64,000 nucleotides of DNA. Source: Camelus ferus. Taxonomy: Eukaryota. Position 1 is the stretch's first letter. Each line of letters begins with the position of its first letter. The stretch spans positions 121,584,001-121,648,000 of the forward strand of contig NC_045696.1 of the NCBI RefSeq assembly GCF_009834535.1, written 5' to 3'. The translations under genes were made by a program, and so were the position numbers. The notes below the pieces were generated by a model that worked only from the letters and a program-made list of their open reading frames with translations, ran no database searches and was not told the DNA's origin. Positions 12,953 to 24,980 of this stretch are shown in pieces.

Positions 12953-14530
12953 AAAACCATGTGCTCTGATGTCGTGGTCCTGGAGGCCCAGCTCAGGTCT
13001 GCACCCCAGAGCCCGTGAGTAAGCCCCTCAGCATCCTACTGGTCCTTACGTCCAGTCATTCCTCTCAAGCTGCAGTGCGAAGGTCTGAGTTCTGCCTTGG
13101 CCAGCCGTTGGAGCTCACGGGTTTTTAAATTTTAAAAGGCACCCCTGAGAACTCATCAATAGTCTTTGGCAGAAGAGCTGCCTCCCTGACATTCAGCATC
13201 TTTTGAGAAGTTTTCATTTGCATACTCAGCACTGTCGCAGAACGGGCCTTGTAAATCCAGGATCTAGCCTCTGTCAAAATAAGAACGAAGCTCAGAGGAC
13301 CTGATAGGAACCTGAGAAAGATATTTCTTAGATAACAAAACTATCAGTGACAAGTATTTTTCAAAAGCCCACAACAGCCTCATCCAAATGGTTAAGACAG
13401 AGTGAAAATCTGTCCCTGGAATCCAAGCTGGACCTCTCTGTTCCCATCAGCCTGAGAATGTTGTATTGGGTGGACTGACTTCAGATAGAAACAGAGATCT
13501 CACTCCCTGGCAGGTTCCCGGACACCCTCAGGTCACTCTGTAACAACCCAAACTTAGTACTGTTGCTCCCCCACAGCAGAGGCCACTGTTGGGACACTTT
13601 AATGGGAAACAGAACAGACCTGTTCACAGAGAAAGGGTGGCAGTCGTGGCATCTCACCAAGACACATCTGAACACCAAAAACAGAGCTCTGTGATACTCA
13701 CATGCATTCGGCCTCGGTACCTTCCAGAAGTTAGACAAGGCCCCCTCTGTGACGCTCATAATGACTTTGAAACTAATTCGGATTCCAGTGTAAGTAACAT
13801 TTGCAGGCGTTAATTATGCGCCCTTCTCTGGGCTAGGACTTTCACCTCGGCTGTCGTCTTTATCTTCCTGGCCTTCCTGCGAGTGAAGGATCATTACAGC
13901 CTGAGAAAGCTGAGGTCCACACAGGCGCAGGGGCATGCACAGGTGAGAGGGGAAACCTGTGTGAAAGGTCCACTCTTCTCAAGAGCAGCTCAGCAGCCCT
14001 AGCTCCAAACAGTGGTGGCCCAGGTTATAATCACTTGGTTTTTTCATACTTGTAAAATATTAAGAGCCCCACAATATCCTGAACAAGCACAGCATCACTG
14101 GAACAAAGATGCTCCCTCCGAGGGTGGGAACTTGAATGATGACCAGATTGTACAAGAGGGCAGAATTCACCTGACTCTTCTTCATAAATATTCCTAAATG
14201 AATGCTTCTGGAAAGAAGGCCAAAGCAGGCTGACGCCTCTCATTCTAACAGCATCACTTACTTTACAGGCAGCCAGTGTGAGTTTATAAGACCCTTCCTT
14301 CATGGAGCAGAACCACTATATTGATTAGTCAAATGACCAGTCTCAAATAACCCTATATCCAGGAAGAAATACTCTAGGTTTTAGGAAGATTTTGTTTTAA
14401 TTCCTTTTAGAGAGTTAGATCCATGATGATGGACTCCTAGGAGTTTGCTAGGAGTTCTCAAAGGCATGTCATCAACATTCTACCTTCAAACTTTTGAAAA
14501 GGATATTAGAAACGCTATGTTTAAATAAAC

Positions 14531-15327
14531 TCTGGAAAGTGTGTGCAGAAGGAATCCTCCAACACTGTTGGTGGGAATGCAGTTTGGTGCAGCCACTATG
14601 GAAAACAGTATGAAGATTTCTCAGAAGACTAAAAATAGACTTACCCTATGATCCAGCAATCCCACTCCTGGGCATACATCCAAAGGAAACTCTAATTCAA
14701 AAAGACACATGCACCCCAATGTTCACAGCAGCACTGTTTACAATAGACATGACATGGACGCAACCTACATGTCCATTGACAGATGACTGGATAAAGAAAT
14801 TGTGGTATATTTCTACAATGGAATACTACTCAGCCATAAAAAAGAATAAAATAATGCCATTTGCAGCAACATGGTTGGACCTAGAGATTGTCATTATAAG
14901 TGAAGTAAGCCAGAAAGAGAGAGAAAAATACCATATGATATCACTCATATGTGTAATCTAAAAAAAAAAAGACACAAATGAACTTATTTACAAAACAGAA
15001 ACAAACTTACAGACATAGGGAACAAACTTATAGTTACCAGGGAAGGGAAGAGGTGGGAAGGGATAAATTGGGAGTTCAAGATTTGCAGATACTAACTACT
15101 ATATATAAAATAGATAAACAACAAGTTCCTACTATACAGCATAGGGAACTATATTCAATACCCTGTAGTAACCTATAATGAAAAAGAATATGAAGAAGAA
15201 TATATGTATGTATATGGATGACTGAAACACTGTGCTGTAACACTAGAAACTGATGCAACATTGTAAACTGACTATACTTCAATAAAAAAATAAACAAAGT
15301 TATTAGATACTGCCAAAAAAAAAAAAG
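14531..15327 (+). mobile_element. 5'-truncated young L1 (ORF2 C-terminus, 3' UTR, poly-A)
   Basis: ORF 14719-14961 MFTAALFTI..TMEYYSAIKKNKIMPFAATW; AATAAA and A-tail. Confidence 0.93.
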
Positions 15328-15599
15328 AGAGAGAAATGTTTATACTAGGATATGGCCATCTAAGCCAACAGATAAATCAGACTTATTTTAGCTGGAATTA
15401 TAGAAAGGCTGGTAGGAAGCCATTGTCAACAGATGAAAAGTCAGGCAGAGATATAGGCATATTGAAATAGGAAAACAAATTCCTTATTACTTATTAATTT
15501 CTAGCAATTATAAAATTTCCAACAAAATATAGTTTGATGTAAAAGACTGAAATGCTAATAAAAATAAAAATTGAACACCACCAAAAAAAAAGACTAGGC

Positions 15600-16130
15600 A
15601 ATTCCAAAAAAAGAGAAACCCCCAAAGCTAATATTACTAACAATCAGAGAAATGCAAATCAAAATAAGAGGCCACTTTTTGCCCATCACATTAGCAAAAG
15701 AAAGAAAGTCAGACACCAAGTGCTGACAAGGATGTGCAGAAATAGCAAACTTCACACACTTCTACTGGAATTATGAGCCTGTACAGCTATTTTGGAAATA
15801 AATCTGGTTGTCAAGAGTGGAGATAAGTGTGTGTGTCCTTGAGATCCCAGCATAACCACTCCACGACATATTCCCTAAAAAAACCCTCACGCAGATCCCA
15901 AAGAAGTCAAGGATGTTCGTCGGAGTTCTGTTTGTGGGAACAGGAAATTGGAGGCAGCCTGGTTTATTCATTAGGGAAATTAAGAAATCAAATGTAGACA
16001 CAAACTGTGGCATAGTCTGCTGGAATTAGAAGCAGTGAACTAGATGTTCAATGTGACAGAACAACACGACTAAATCTCAGGAAGTCAGTGGTAAGTGATA
16101 AAAGTAAAAATCAGAAATAAGGCTACCGAG
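15600..16130 (+). mobile_element. Old L1M/L1ME ORF2 3' fragment
   Basis: ATCAGAGAAATGCAAATCAAAA..CCAAGTGCTGACAAGGATGTG. Confidence 0.7.
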
Positions 16131-16146
16131 TAACACTACCCAAGAG

Positions 16147-16148
<2 letters not shown>

Positions 16149-16184
<36 letters not shown>
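16149..16184. repeat. (AC)n microsatellite
   Basis: Direct reading. Confidence 0.95.
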
Positions 16185-16186
<2 letters not shown>

Positions 16187-16320
16187 TGTTTTCTAAGAAT
16201 CCACACGTACTCAAGATACCCATGTGACACATTAAAGACGGCGCCTAGGGAGGTGCAGACCACGCATAAAGAATGCGAGGGAGGCTAAGACATAAAAGAG
16301 ACGTTAAAAATAAAACGAGA

Positions 16321-16476
16321 GGGGGAGGGTATAGCTCAGTGGTAGAGCGCATGCTTAGCATGCACGAGGTCCTGGTGCCTCCATTAAAGTAAACAAACAA
16401 ACAAACAAACAAACAAACCTAATTACCTTCTCCTCCCCCCCCAAAAAAGCAAAACAAGACAAAACAAATTTTTAAT
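16321..16476 (+). mobile_element. Vic-1-like SINE, B-box segment missing
   Basis: GGGGGAGGGTATAGCTCAGTGGTAGAGCGCATGCTTAGCATGCACGAGGTCC; TSD AAAATAAAACGAGA / AAAATAAAGCAAGA. Confidence 0.9.
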
Positions 16477-17780
16477 AAAATAAAGCAAGAGAGGGAGCTC
16501 TGTGATAGTGCACCATGAACTGAGAAGAAGGCCAACCATAACTCTATGCATCAGAGGTTCAAAAAAACAAAGTGTCGGTTGCATGGAGTCGGGGAGGGAG
16601 CATAGTGAAAAGGGTAACAGGAAATCCCTGAGATTGATACTGAAAGTCTCTTTCAGTCAAGATTCCGCCGTCACCAGTTGGATGAAACCTTCAGAATCAC
16701 AGGAAACAGGGACAGTTTGTATCATTCAGTCCCGTTTCTCCTCTGTGGCTCTGAAGAGCTCTAAGGCACACGAGGTGTCCAGCAAAAGCCCAGTCCCGTC
16801 TCTAGCCCCCAGGAGAAAAGATCGTGTGTACAAATAACTGTTGCAGTTTCATCTGAACTTGCACCCCAGCTTAGCATAAAGTGGCTTTGCCAGAGACAGG
16901 AAGGAGAGAAGCAGCGCTGCTCGCTGACCTTCAGGGCGAGCCCCTTCCTCTCCCTTTGCTACCAAAGTTGAACCTGTTTAGCAGTGGCTCTGCTGTGCCT
17001 TCCCGGCTATCCCTCAATTATGTGGAGAAATTCCAGGAAATACCAAATCAGGAAAAGACACTGGTCCTCAGAAAGATCATTGGAGACAATTAGCTGCCTA
17101 AATTGCCATCCAGACTGCAGACTCTCCCTTGCTCTTAATAAACAAGCAAATAACGAAATCAGAAGCAGTTACATTTGCTTCCAGGGAACAGTAAGAAAAA
17201 AAAAAAAAAGCCTCAACAAGCAAGCAACATTTTCTAGAACATGGAACACAAGGCAAAACAAAAACAGAGAAATTTTGTTGAGGTGCACAATTCGTTGTTC
17301 AAATGTGAATCAGCAGAAGTGTCTGTCCTTTAAAGTAGAGACGATACAAGGAGACGCAGACATCTATTCCAACAAGAGCTTCAAAGCCTGAATCATTACT
17401 GGCCTCCAAGTTCATATTTAAAATAAGGCTCCAGACCTTCAGAACACACACAATCATATGGTAGCCAAAAGAAAATCAAATTGCTGTGGATAGAACATTT
17501 GCAAATGTCACGTGAGAAAGTCGTTTTTCAGGCAACATATTATACATTTTAAAATATTTTTTAAAGTGAGAACTGCAGTTACAGAAAATTGAATCAAATG
17601 AGAATTCAGAATCCATGCTTAAAGCTGTTGTCAAATGTTAAGCAATTCCAGGAAAATCTCCAGACTTCTAGGATTCAGGGAGTGGGGAAAATAAATAAAT
17701 TCTAAATAATCTAGAAGTTTAGGGGACCCAATAATGTGTATGTGACTATTATGAAATACATTTTTATAACTGGAAATCTT

Positions 17781-17947
17781 TTTTTTTAATTGCACGTTGC
17801 TTATTATGCTTTGCAGATACTGCTTTTTTTTTTTACAAATTGAATGTTTGTGGCAACCCTGCCTCAAGTAAGACTATTGGCGCCATTTTTCCAACAGCTT
17901 TTGCTCACTTCATGTTTCTGTGTCACATTTTGGTGATTCTCACAATA
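17781..17947 (+). mobile_element. Tigger1 (TcMar) subterminal fragment lacking the TIR
   Basis: TTTTTACAAATTGAATGTTTGTGGCAACCCTGC..TATTGGCGCCATTTTTCCAACAGC matches the recalled Tigger1 5' region; flanked by TGGAAATCTT direct repeats. Confidence 0.85.
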
Positions 17948-18824
17948 TGGAAATCTTCTTAAATAGCTCTTGCCTCCAAACACCACCACCTGATCACATT
18001 TACTGACATTAACAATTCAGAGATGTTTTATATTCTTTTCCAGTGGGTTTTCATCCTTCCAGTGACAGTGACTCCCAACACTTTTCAATTAATCTTCTCT
18101 AGCCCCCTTCTAGAAAAATTTCAAGTCAGATGTGCCATGGTATCTTTTCCATTCTCTGGTGAACTAGAATTCACATATGAAATCTAAGTGGAGTTTTTAC
18201 TACTGAAAGGGGGAAAAAGAATCCTGTACCTTCAGGTCACTTAGAATCTAAGGGGGAGACATCAAGGGAGAAGGATAAAACCATACGGCGTGATAAATAA
18301 AATGTAGCCATCATTATCGGATTTTATGGAGGAAAATAGAACCCGTACTTGGGAAGGGGAGATGGAAGGTCAGAGAGAGCGGCCTAGAGGACATGAAGTC
18401 CAAGCCAAAACCAAGCAGGCCAGAGAGGGGAGGCCAGAGCAAAACAGCCCAAGTCATCATCTCAACTTTCTAGATCCAGACGCTCTGATATCCTAGGATG
18501 TGTAAGGTCAACATGGAATACGAGGGAACTTTATAACAACAGGCCAATGAGTTAAAAGTTGCATGTCTGCTTAACTGCCCCCAGGAGGCCTCTGCACAAT
18601 TTATTTTATAGCCCATCAAGCGATGTCACATGGGGTGCCACTGATTTTTAGAGTCACCATTCTGGAAATTCCACCCATCTTTGGTTTGCTCTAAGGAGCT
18701 GTGGTGGCTCCCTGCGCCCTGGGTCAACATCTTTCCTCCTCAAGAGTCTAGAAAAGATAAGCAAATCAATAGAAATTATAGTATTTTCTTTCCCCACCTT
18801 TCAGACATAGCCTTATTGCATAAA

Positions 18825-18960
18825 AAGCAGTATACTTGGATGGAAATATTCAGAAATTGGGTTGTGATACTTGCACGATTCCATAAATTTACTGAAACCA
18901 CTGTATTGACCCTTACAACGGGTGAATATTAAGGTGTGTAAATTACAGCTCAGTAAAGCA
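18825..18960 (+). mobile_element. Old L1MB/MC-like 3' terminus
   Basis: GGGTGAATATTAAGGTGTGTAAATTACAGCTCAGTAAAGC. Confidence 0.65.
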
Positions 18961-19012
18961 CACCTAGATGTTGACCTTTTGAAATGTATATATTATTTCC
19001 TTCACTGCATTT

Positions 19013-19152
19013 TTCTTTCTTTCTTTCTTTCTTCCTTTCTTTCTCTTTCTTTCTTTCTTTCTTTTTTTCTTTCTTTCTTCCTTCCTTTCTTCCTTTCTTC
19101 CTTCCTTCCTTTCTTTCTTTCCTCTATCTCTCTCTTTTGTTGTTGTTGTTGC

Positions 19153-19201
<49 letters not shown>

Positions 19202-19283
19202 AGCGGAGGTACTGGGGATTGAACCCAGGACCTTGTGCATGCTAAACATGCGCTCTACAACTGAGCTGTGCCCCACCCCCCTC
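19013..19283 (-). mobile_element. Vic-1-like SINE with tail expanded into (TTTC)n/(TTCC)n/(TTG)n microsatellites
   Basis: GGAGGTACTGGGGATTGAACCCAGGACCTTGTGCATGCTAAACATGCGCTCTAC; TSD CACTGCATTT at 19003-19012 and 19284-19293. Confidence 0.92.
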
Positions 19284-19334
19284 CACTGCATTTCTATGTA
19301 CATTATTTCTGTGACAGAGGCATCAGCCTTGCTT

Positions 19335-19540
19335 CCGCATCCTGGTTCCCACCCCAGCCAGCTCTGTGACCTCAGCAAGCAGCGAAGCCCTCTGAAACTC
19401 AACTTCCTCACATTAAAGGAGAGTTTTCATATTATTTACACACCTGTCTCATAAGGCAGGTTTGGGGGATAAATAAGAAAGTGTCAGGTCAGTGCCAGGC
19501 AGGCTCCTAGTAATTAACAGAGGCTTGATAAATATTAGCT
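19335..19540 (+). mobile_element. MIR SINE
   Basis: CAGCTCTGTGACCTCAGCAAG..CTCTGAAACTCAACTTCCTCAC core. Confidence 0.65.
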
Positions 19541-20564
19541 TCCTCCCTTCCTTCCTCTCTCCTTCCCTCCCTCGCTCCCTTCCTTCCTTCTCTTTCTTGA
19601 AGTATCACATTTGGTAACCAATTTGCCTGTTACACCCCTTCCACCAGGGGATTTGAAGCCCTGCCTAAGAAGCTGTCAGTGTTCCACAGCAGTGACTTTC
19701 CCCCATCTTGGCAGAATGCCTGCCTCCACCTCTCTGGTTCATAACCTGCCTGCCCTCCGGCTCCCAGCTCCCCAAGAAGTGCCAAGTCCTCCCAGCTTTC
19801 CCCCCTGCCAGTGGCCATCTGAAAGTCATACCATTTGGGTTTGCACCTTTCGTTTAAGATACTAAAGCCTGTACCAAGCAACAGCAGGCTTTCAATAGAG
19901 CTTTGCCCAGGATTCTTAACAGTAGAGGTCACAAGAGAGAGAATTGCCACCCAGAAAAGAAAGAATTCACCAGTGCGTTTCTCCTCTGGTGGCACCCAGA
20001 GTTCAGCAGCTCCCTCAAACTGTACAGTTAATGCCTCACCAGGGAGCAAGGGGGAATTAAGGTGTCTTGGATAAGAAGCAGCTGAGAATGAGAGCTTAGG
20101 CCCTGACACGAATTGCAGCTTAGACCTGACATGCCGCTGTGTGTTTCCCTTCTGCTGTGACTCATTTTGGGCAAACGCTAAGGAGCACCAGTCACTCTCC
20201 TCATTTCAACAGCCTCGGGTGAGGGACTGGGCTCCTCACCGTGGCCCTCAGCTCTGCCAGCAGCTCAAAGCAACCCTCCCTTAGGGGCGACTGAATTAAG
20301 GCAAGGACACTGCTTTCAGGATGAATCTTTGGTGTCTCCTCTTTTACCTTCTAGGTCTGCAGCCCCTCTGCCTCCTGGTCTGCTGGATTCCCTCCAGCGA
20401 CCTTCTGAACAGCAGGGTCAGCCTGGTGTGGAGGAGAAAGAATGAGATGCTTTTCAGAAAAACTTAGGCCTCCCATCACTTCTCCCCCCACCAAACAGCT
20501 GCCCAATACCTAATTTCACTCAAAATTGTCATTCCTTTAGCCTAGGCTTTTATTCTCAAAATGT

Positions 20565-21175
20565 TGAGACAGGAGGGAAGAGGGCAGGGCACGACCATTA
20601 AAAGAACGACACAGCCGTTGAGGACCGAACATAAACTGGTTAGAACCAACCAGGCCCAAGATGGCGCAAGATGCAGCTCCCAGTGGACCTTGAGCTTCAT
20701 TATAGGCTCACTGAAATACATTAGCTGCTAAATAACACGCCCACAGGCACCAGGACTGTGCCCAGTCTGGCCACAAAAGGCCAAAGAGTGGGCAGGGGCC
20801 CAATTCCTGGGACTCCCCACCCCTGCTCCACAGTAGCTGGAATAATCCTCCCACTTGTTAGCGTATGAAATTACCCAGCAGAGAAAACCTGGCCACCCCA
20901 AACCCGGGGGCCGCTCTCCCTTCCGAGTGAGGCAGCCCGCGTCAGCCTATGGAGAGTGTATCTCCTAAGCCTCTCCCTCTCTCTCTCCCTGCCTCTCACT
21001 CTCCTGGGACAGCCTGCACTCTGTCTATGGAGTACATGTCTCTGTGAATAAATCACTTCTACTCAACTATGGTTTGCCCTTGAATTCTTTCCTGCACAAA
21101 GCCAAGGACCCATCCCAGAGACCCGCTTGGAACCTGGGACACAGCCACCCTCTTGTGCCCCGTTTCCCTGCAACA
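20565..21175 (+). mobile_element. ERV1-type solo LTR (family A)
   Basis: TGAGACAGGA...CCTGCAACA, AATAAA near 21047, flanks ATGT/ATAT; homologous to 41306 and 47592 copies. Confidence 0.85.
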
Positions 21176-21316
21176 ATATAACTGTCCACATTTAATACTA
21201 TATGTTAACAGACTTTATATCCTATTTTATCCATCCCAGTACAGGCAGTGAGTCTCACAACACAGACATGCAGCAAGGTTTCTGCGCCAGGACATTTATC
21301 ACAGGATCGCTCATTA

Positions 21317-21649
21317 CAGTCAGCCCCCTGTATCTGCATCCAGGGATTCAACCAACAGCAGATCGAAAGCATATGAGAAAAAATCCACAAAGTTCCAAAA
21401 GGCAAAGCTTGAGTTTGCAGTGCCGGCAACAATTTACATAGCATTTCCATTGTCTTTACAATTATTTACACAGCATGTACATTGTGTTAGGAATTATGAG
21501 TTACCTAGGGATGATTTAAAGTACCCGGGAGGATGTGTGTGGGTTATATGCAAATGCTACACCGTTTTATACAAGGGACTTGCGCATCTCCAGGTTTAGA
21601 GGGGAGGTGCTCCTGGAGCCAATCCTCCACAAAGACTGAGGGGTAACTG
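21317..21649 (-). mobile_element. MER2-like TcMar-Tigger MITE
   Basis: TA TSD at 21315-16 and 21650-51; inverted ends CAGTCAGCCCC / GAGGGGTAACTG; GGTTATATGCAAAT core. Confidence 0.88.
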
Positions 21650-21845
21650 TATAGTTGTTTAAAATGAGACCGATGGAGATGCCCCCAAATTAAAATATTA
21701 AACAAATTTAGCATCACCATATGATGGAGTATCAAGTAAATATTAAAAATCATGTCACTCATGTCACACAGTGTTATTGCAGCTTATTTACTAATAGTCA
21801 ATAAAAACAACAGGACAAAAATTATAGAGTGAGTCTGATGCAAGC

Positions 21846-21848
<3 letters not shown>

Positions 21849-21880
<32 letters not shown>

Positions 21881-21905
21881 CTCACACACACACGCACCTC
21901 ACACA
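21849..21905. repeat. (CA)n microsatellite, imperfect
   Basis: Direct reading. Confidence 0.9.
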
Positions 21906-23179
21906 ATATTAGGCATAGAGAAAGTTCTGGTAGAAAATGCTCAAAAATATTGATGGTGTTTTTCTTCAGGTGGTGAGATTCTAAAAGACTTATTTTGAAT
22001 TTTTACGATTCTATTTATTTCTCCTTTAGTGAGCATTTGTCACCTGTCTGATGAAAATAAAAGACTTTGAAAAATAACCTGGTGAGAATTCCACAGTCCC
22101 CGGGAGATGATACAACATTGATACCTTGTTTTTGCAAAGGGGCTCTGGGGATGTTATCCATCATTTATCATCCAAGGAGTGTCCGTTTCAAGTCTCCCAG
22201 GGCAGCAAGTTTTGATCAGGAGGAGAGAAGGCTTAGGCACTGAGGACTGCGTGTTGGGAACAGCTGGAAGGACCGGTGTGCTGCTGGCCTGGCAGTGAGA
22301 CTGGGGGCAAATCATAACACACACACCCCCGCCCCCACTCACGTGGCCCCGTCTTGGAAACCTGTGCGCCTGGACACAGCACCAGGAAGACTGCGTGTCG
22401 GCGGCAGTGTAGTCAGTGAAATCACTGAATTAGACGTACCAAGACCTTTCAGAAAGAAAAACACGCAGCTGCTGGCAGCTGCCGCCTTTGGCTGGCTGGC
22501 ACTCACAGGAAGAGCCCGGATCCTCTAGTTAGCAATTTCACAGAACATGAACACCTCACAAGGTGACTCACGCTGAAGACAAAAACAGGACCTCTCCAGG
22601 ATGGTGTGCAAGCCCCAGAAATAACCTGCTGCCATGGCTCAAGTGAGAGCCTGCCGCACATTTATCAATGACAGCTTTATCCGCACTCTATTCCTCCTAC
22701 CTCCTGAATAAAAGGCATTAAAATACGCAGTTGTAGCTATCTGAAATCTCTCCTAAGAGCATTCAACCCAGGATGCTTCCCTGAAGCCTCCCCCAGCGCT
22801 CCCAATCCCAGCCCAATCCTGTTAACAAGCTCCACGTACAGAAACACCCCTCGTTCCCCACCGTGTGTCCTCCCCTGCTGAGACAAACACCAGTAAACCC
22901 AGCTTGTTCCGCCCCAGGTCTGTGCCTTCCCGTCTTTGGCTTGTGATCTTCGACTTATTGTTTCCTCTCTTGGTTTTACCTCTTTCTGCGTCCTGGGACA
23001 GGTCAGCCGCTCTTCCTTCCCCCCTTTTCCTCATTCTTAAAACGGTTACAGTATACCCAAGCCCTCTTACCTCTCAGGGTTTTTGCATTTTGGTGCCAAC
23101 AACAGCAGCTGATAAAACAAAACTGCCAAGTCTTGGCTGACAGCAAATTCAAAAGCAATCAACAGCATGATATGGCTAA

Positions 23180-23385
23180 TTCAGTGCAGCCCAAGTAGCC
23201 TTCTGGCTCCTCCACTTGCTTGCTGTGTGTTATTGGGCAAATCGACTACCCCCTCTGGGTCTTATCCAGAGGAAAATGATGATAAATAATAACCCACCCA
23301 CCTTGTAGGGTTCTTGTCAAGCATACATGGGGGAATTACATAGGAGACTTAGCTCAATATGTGCATAGTAAATACAATAAATGAC
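23180..23385 (+). mobile_element. MIR SINE
   Basis: CCACTTGCTTGCTGTGTGTTATTGGGCAAATC core. Confidence 0.6.
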
Positions 23386-23624
23386 CCAAAAGATAAATAT
23401 AAATGTGATCTGGTGTCTATTCATCTTGGTTTGCCAGTGCCTGACACTTAGTAAATGAGTATGTGTGAGTGAATTACATTGGGGATTATCTTATTCACTG
23501 AACAAAACTTTGTGAGCACCTTCTACACAACCTGCAATATGTTATAACCTGGGAGTGGAAAGACAAACCAGTTACCATCCCTTTCAGTCTAGTGAGGGAG
23601 ACAGACATTAGACAAGCATACACT

Positions 23625-23810
23625 GCCCACTGGGGACCTGTCCGCGGCACACAGGATGTTTACCAGCATCTCTGGCCTTTACCCAAGAGATGCCAGGAGC
23701 ACTCTCCCCAACGAAGTTGCTGAAGATGTCTCTAGACATTGCCAAATGTCTCGAGGTGTGGGCAAAAGGGCAAAATTCCCCTTCTCCACTCCACACTGAG
23801 AGCCTCTGCT
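23625..23810 (-). mobile_element. MER20-like hAT-Charlie element inside an L2 fragment
   Basis: CAGCATCTCTGGCCTTTACCCAAGAGATGCCAGGAGCAC..TGTCTCTAGACATTGCCAAATGTC. Confidence 0.75.
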
Positions 23811-24826
23811 GTAAAGAGGAAAAAAAAAAAAAAAGAGGATTCTCTGAGACAGGGGAATAAGGGGGCAAAGTTCACCATCAAGGAAAGCCTGTTTGTGGAG
23901 GGGATCCTAAGCTGAGACCCCAAAATGGTCAAGATGTAGCTTGGCAGTAGGGAGGAGGGGTGTTCAGGCAGGTCAGAGCCCCCCTGTAAAGGCCCTGAGC
24001 TTGGAGTTCAGAGTAGACAGAACCCATTGTGGCTGGGTTTACATTTAATTTCTTAATTTCCCTAATGAATAAACCAGGCTGCCTCCAATTTCCTGCTTCC
24101 ACACACAGACTTGACTCCTTTGGGACCTGCGCAAGGATTCCTTTAGGAAATATGGCTTTTCTCATGGAGACGAGATGGGAGAGAAAGGCCATCCCTGTGG
24201 CTGGCAGACCCCAGGTTCTGCTGAGGCTCTATTGCCAAAGGGAAGTTCACCTACACTTACGAACCCAAATGTCAACAGCTAGAGATGACTTACACTTTTC
24301 AGCAATCACACACTTCGCAATCAGCCGAGCAAAATGAACGGTCTCCTGTATGTTTATGCAAATGCACACGTCCAAATCCATGCATAATGTAAGAAGTGGG
24401 ATGTGAAGAGGTCGTCCCAGGGAAGAACTATGGATGTATAAGCAGACAGACAGGCTTCCAGCTGCAAGCATTAGAAAACTCAACTTTCAATGGGCTGAAA
24501 ATACCAAGAATATTTTTATCACTTGAGAAGAAATCTTGTATTAAGTGATAATAGATGCATGTAACATTGCAATGCTGTGTGTATATATATAAAAACATGT
24601 GCATGTGGTTGGTTATGTGTATATATCTTGAAGTAAGTTTAATGAAACAAAGTATAGCACATGCAACACTCTCTGATACTTTCTCTTCTGCTTTAGTTTT
24701 ATTTTTAAAAGCCGTCAGGGACAAACAACCCAATTTTTAAAAACGGGCAAAATATTTGAACAGATACTTTATAACAAAAAATGTGCAAATGGCACATGAA
24801 ATCTACTTATCAAAAGATAGTCACCT

Positions 24827-24980
24827 GGGGGCTAGGGGTTCAGCTCAGGGGTAAAGTGCCCGCTTAGCATGCGTGAGGTCCTGGGTTCAATCCCCAGTAC
24901 CTCCTCCAAAAAGTAGATAAATAAATAAACCTAATTATCTCCATCTCCCCCAAAAAAACTGAAAAAAAAAAATTAAAAAG
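24827..24980 (+). mobile_element. Vic-1-like SINE
   Basis: GCTTAGCATGCGTGAGGTCCTGGGTTCAATCCCCAGTACCTCC, AAACCTAATTA tail motif. Confidence 0.9.

Noticed and set aside
16321..16400. tRNA-Ala-like sequences as tRNA genes
   Set aside because: They have A-rich tails, TSDs and imperfect cloverleafs, and occur as ten diverged copies, so they are SINEs
18922..19454. Poly-Cys, poly-Leu and poly-Asn ORFs
   Set aside because: Translations of a SINE-tail microsatellite
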